In this document: positions 63,035 to 64,000 of the stretch, one piece after another | Layout of the letters: each line of letters starts with the position of its first letter | Numbering within the stretch: position 1 is the first letter of the stretch | Origin: Hydrurus foetidus | Lineage: Eukaryota | NCBI GenBank assembly: GCA_900617105.1 | Contig: UYFQ01000247.1 | Coordinates: 1-64,000 of the forward strand | Reading direction: 5' to 3' | Length of the DNA stretch: 64,000 bases | Notes under the pieces: generated by a model | What the model was told of the DNA's origin: nothing | The model's database searches: none | Seen by the model: only the letters and a program-made list of their open reading frames with translations | Made by a program: the position numbers and the translations under genes

Positions 63035-63283
63035 CTCACATTTAGCAATTTAGATGGTAGTTACACTAAAAAGATTTTATTTCACCATTATAGATATATT
63101 GTGCACTGTCCCTTGGTCTAAAGAACGTTCTCACTTCTCTCAATTCGATTTGTGATCACCGCCGCCAACATCATACATATGATGTCCAGGACATTAACGA
63201 CCACAATCAAGATGACATGGAACCATTAGAAGTAGGCGTTGGCAATCGATGAAAGCAATGGTGTCAGGTCAATTTCTCGGTTG

Positions 63284-64000
63284 ATGATGAGTGACAAGTT
63301 ATTCGCTCATTTTGATAACAAAGATGTTGTTAATCTTCTCGCCTTCATTGGAGGCTACATCGATGCTGCTGGATGGTAATTTCTATGACTCTAATAGTGC
63401 TTCTGTGCAGTGTGCCATATTTTTTCACATTAGTCCGATCGAATGCATTACAGGATAAAGATTGAAGGTGTCTTCGTATCTTCGATCACAGGGAATTTAG
63501 TCGTGGCTTGCGCAAGTATATCGTATTCACATGGTCTGACATGTCGATGCCTTGTCACATTAGCGTTTACTGTAACAGCATTTTGCAGCTCATTCCTTGC
63601 TCTCAAACTAATTGGGGCTTACAAATACCGTAAGAAGCCTCTAGTAATCATCCTCTTCTCAATCGAAGTGGCTCTACTGACCTCTGCCTGGATAGCTGGC
63701 ATTGAATTCGAGGATCAATTTGAGAATACAGTGGTTGATCTTGACTCGTGGAATGTCATTCTTGTGGGTAGCCTAATGGGCGCAGCGATGGGTTCCCACA
63801 ATTCAGCAGCTAAGGAATGTATACCGGACTGTCCAGCAACAACAGTGATGACAACCACTTTAGTGAATCTATCATCAGGATTATCAAACGTTGTCGCACA
63901 ATATCTCGCAACAATACCGTGCCTTCGTCTGATGCCACCGAATGGTCCTAATGGTTCCTACCTTCCTTTGACGACTACAGAAAGAGATTCCCATCAGAAA
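63284..64000 (+). CDS. YoaK/DUF1275-family membrane protein, truncated by the window end; exons 63284-63375 and 63454->64000
   Basis: Absent from the ORF track; translated by hand as MMSDKLF..VVNLLAFIGGYIDAAG|WIKIEGVFVSSITGNLV...GAAMGSHN...PATTVMTTTL. This matches the DUF1275 pattern (GxxDAxG, FxSxxTGN, AMGxxN, TTxMT). Confidence 0.75.

Overview
Eukaryotic, intron-rich nuclear DNA using the standard genetic code. A photosynthetic stramenopile (ochrophyte) is the likely source, inferred from a CoDi-like copia element and a bipartite plastid-targeting signal. Introns carry long microsatellites, which generate most of the short ORFs in the track. In order: a disrupted Ty1/copia LTR retrotransposon with its 3' LTR (1-5259); a compact cluster of hairpins and 29-bp repeats (5760-6050); a spliced, divergent hAT-like DDE transposase on the minus strand (6650-9039); a kinesin-3-like gene with degenerate switch motifs, a split FHA domain and a terminal CaaX box (9628-19854); a probably plastid-targeted START/SRPBCC protein (21231-22324); a large DEAH-box RNA helicase with a disordered N-terminus and an RGG tail (23876-~38400); a spliced orphan (pseudo)gene with a GC-AG intron (41084-42532); a soluble adenylyl cyclase-like (ADCY10/STAND-type) gene (minus, ~45350-57295); MAD1 (58816-62443); and a YoaK/DUF1275 membrane protein running off the right edge. 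Several foldback or MITE-like hairpins also occur. All exon boundaries and family calls were made by eye, without database searches.
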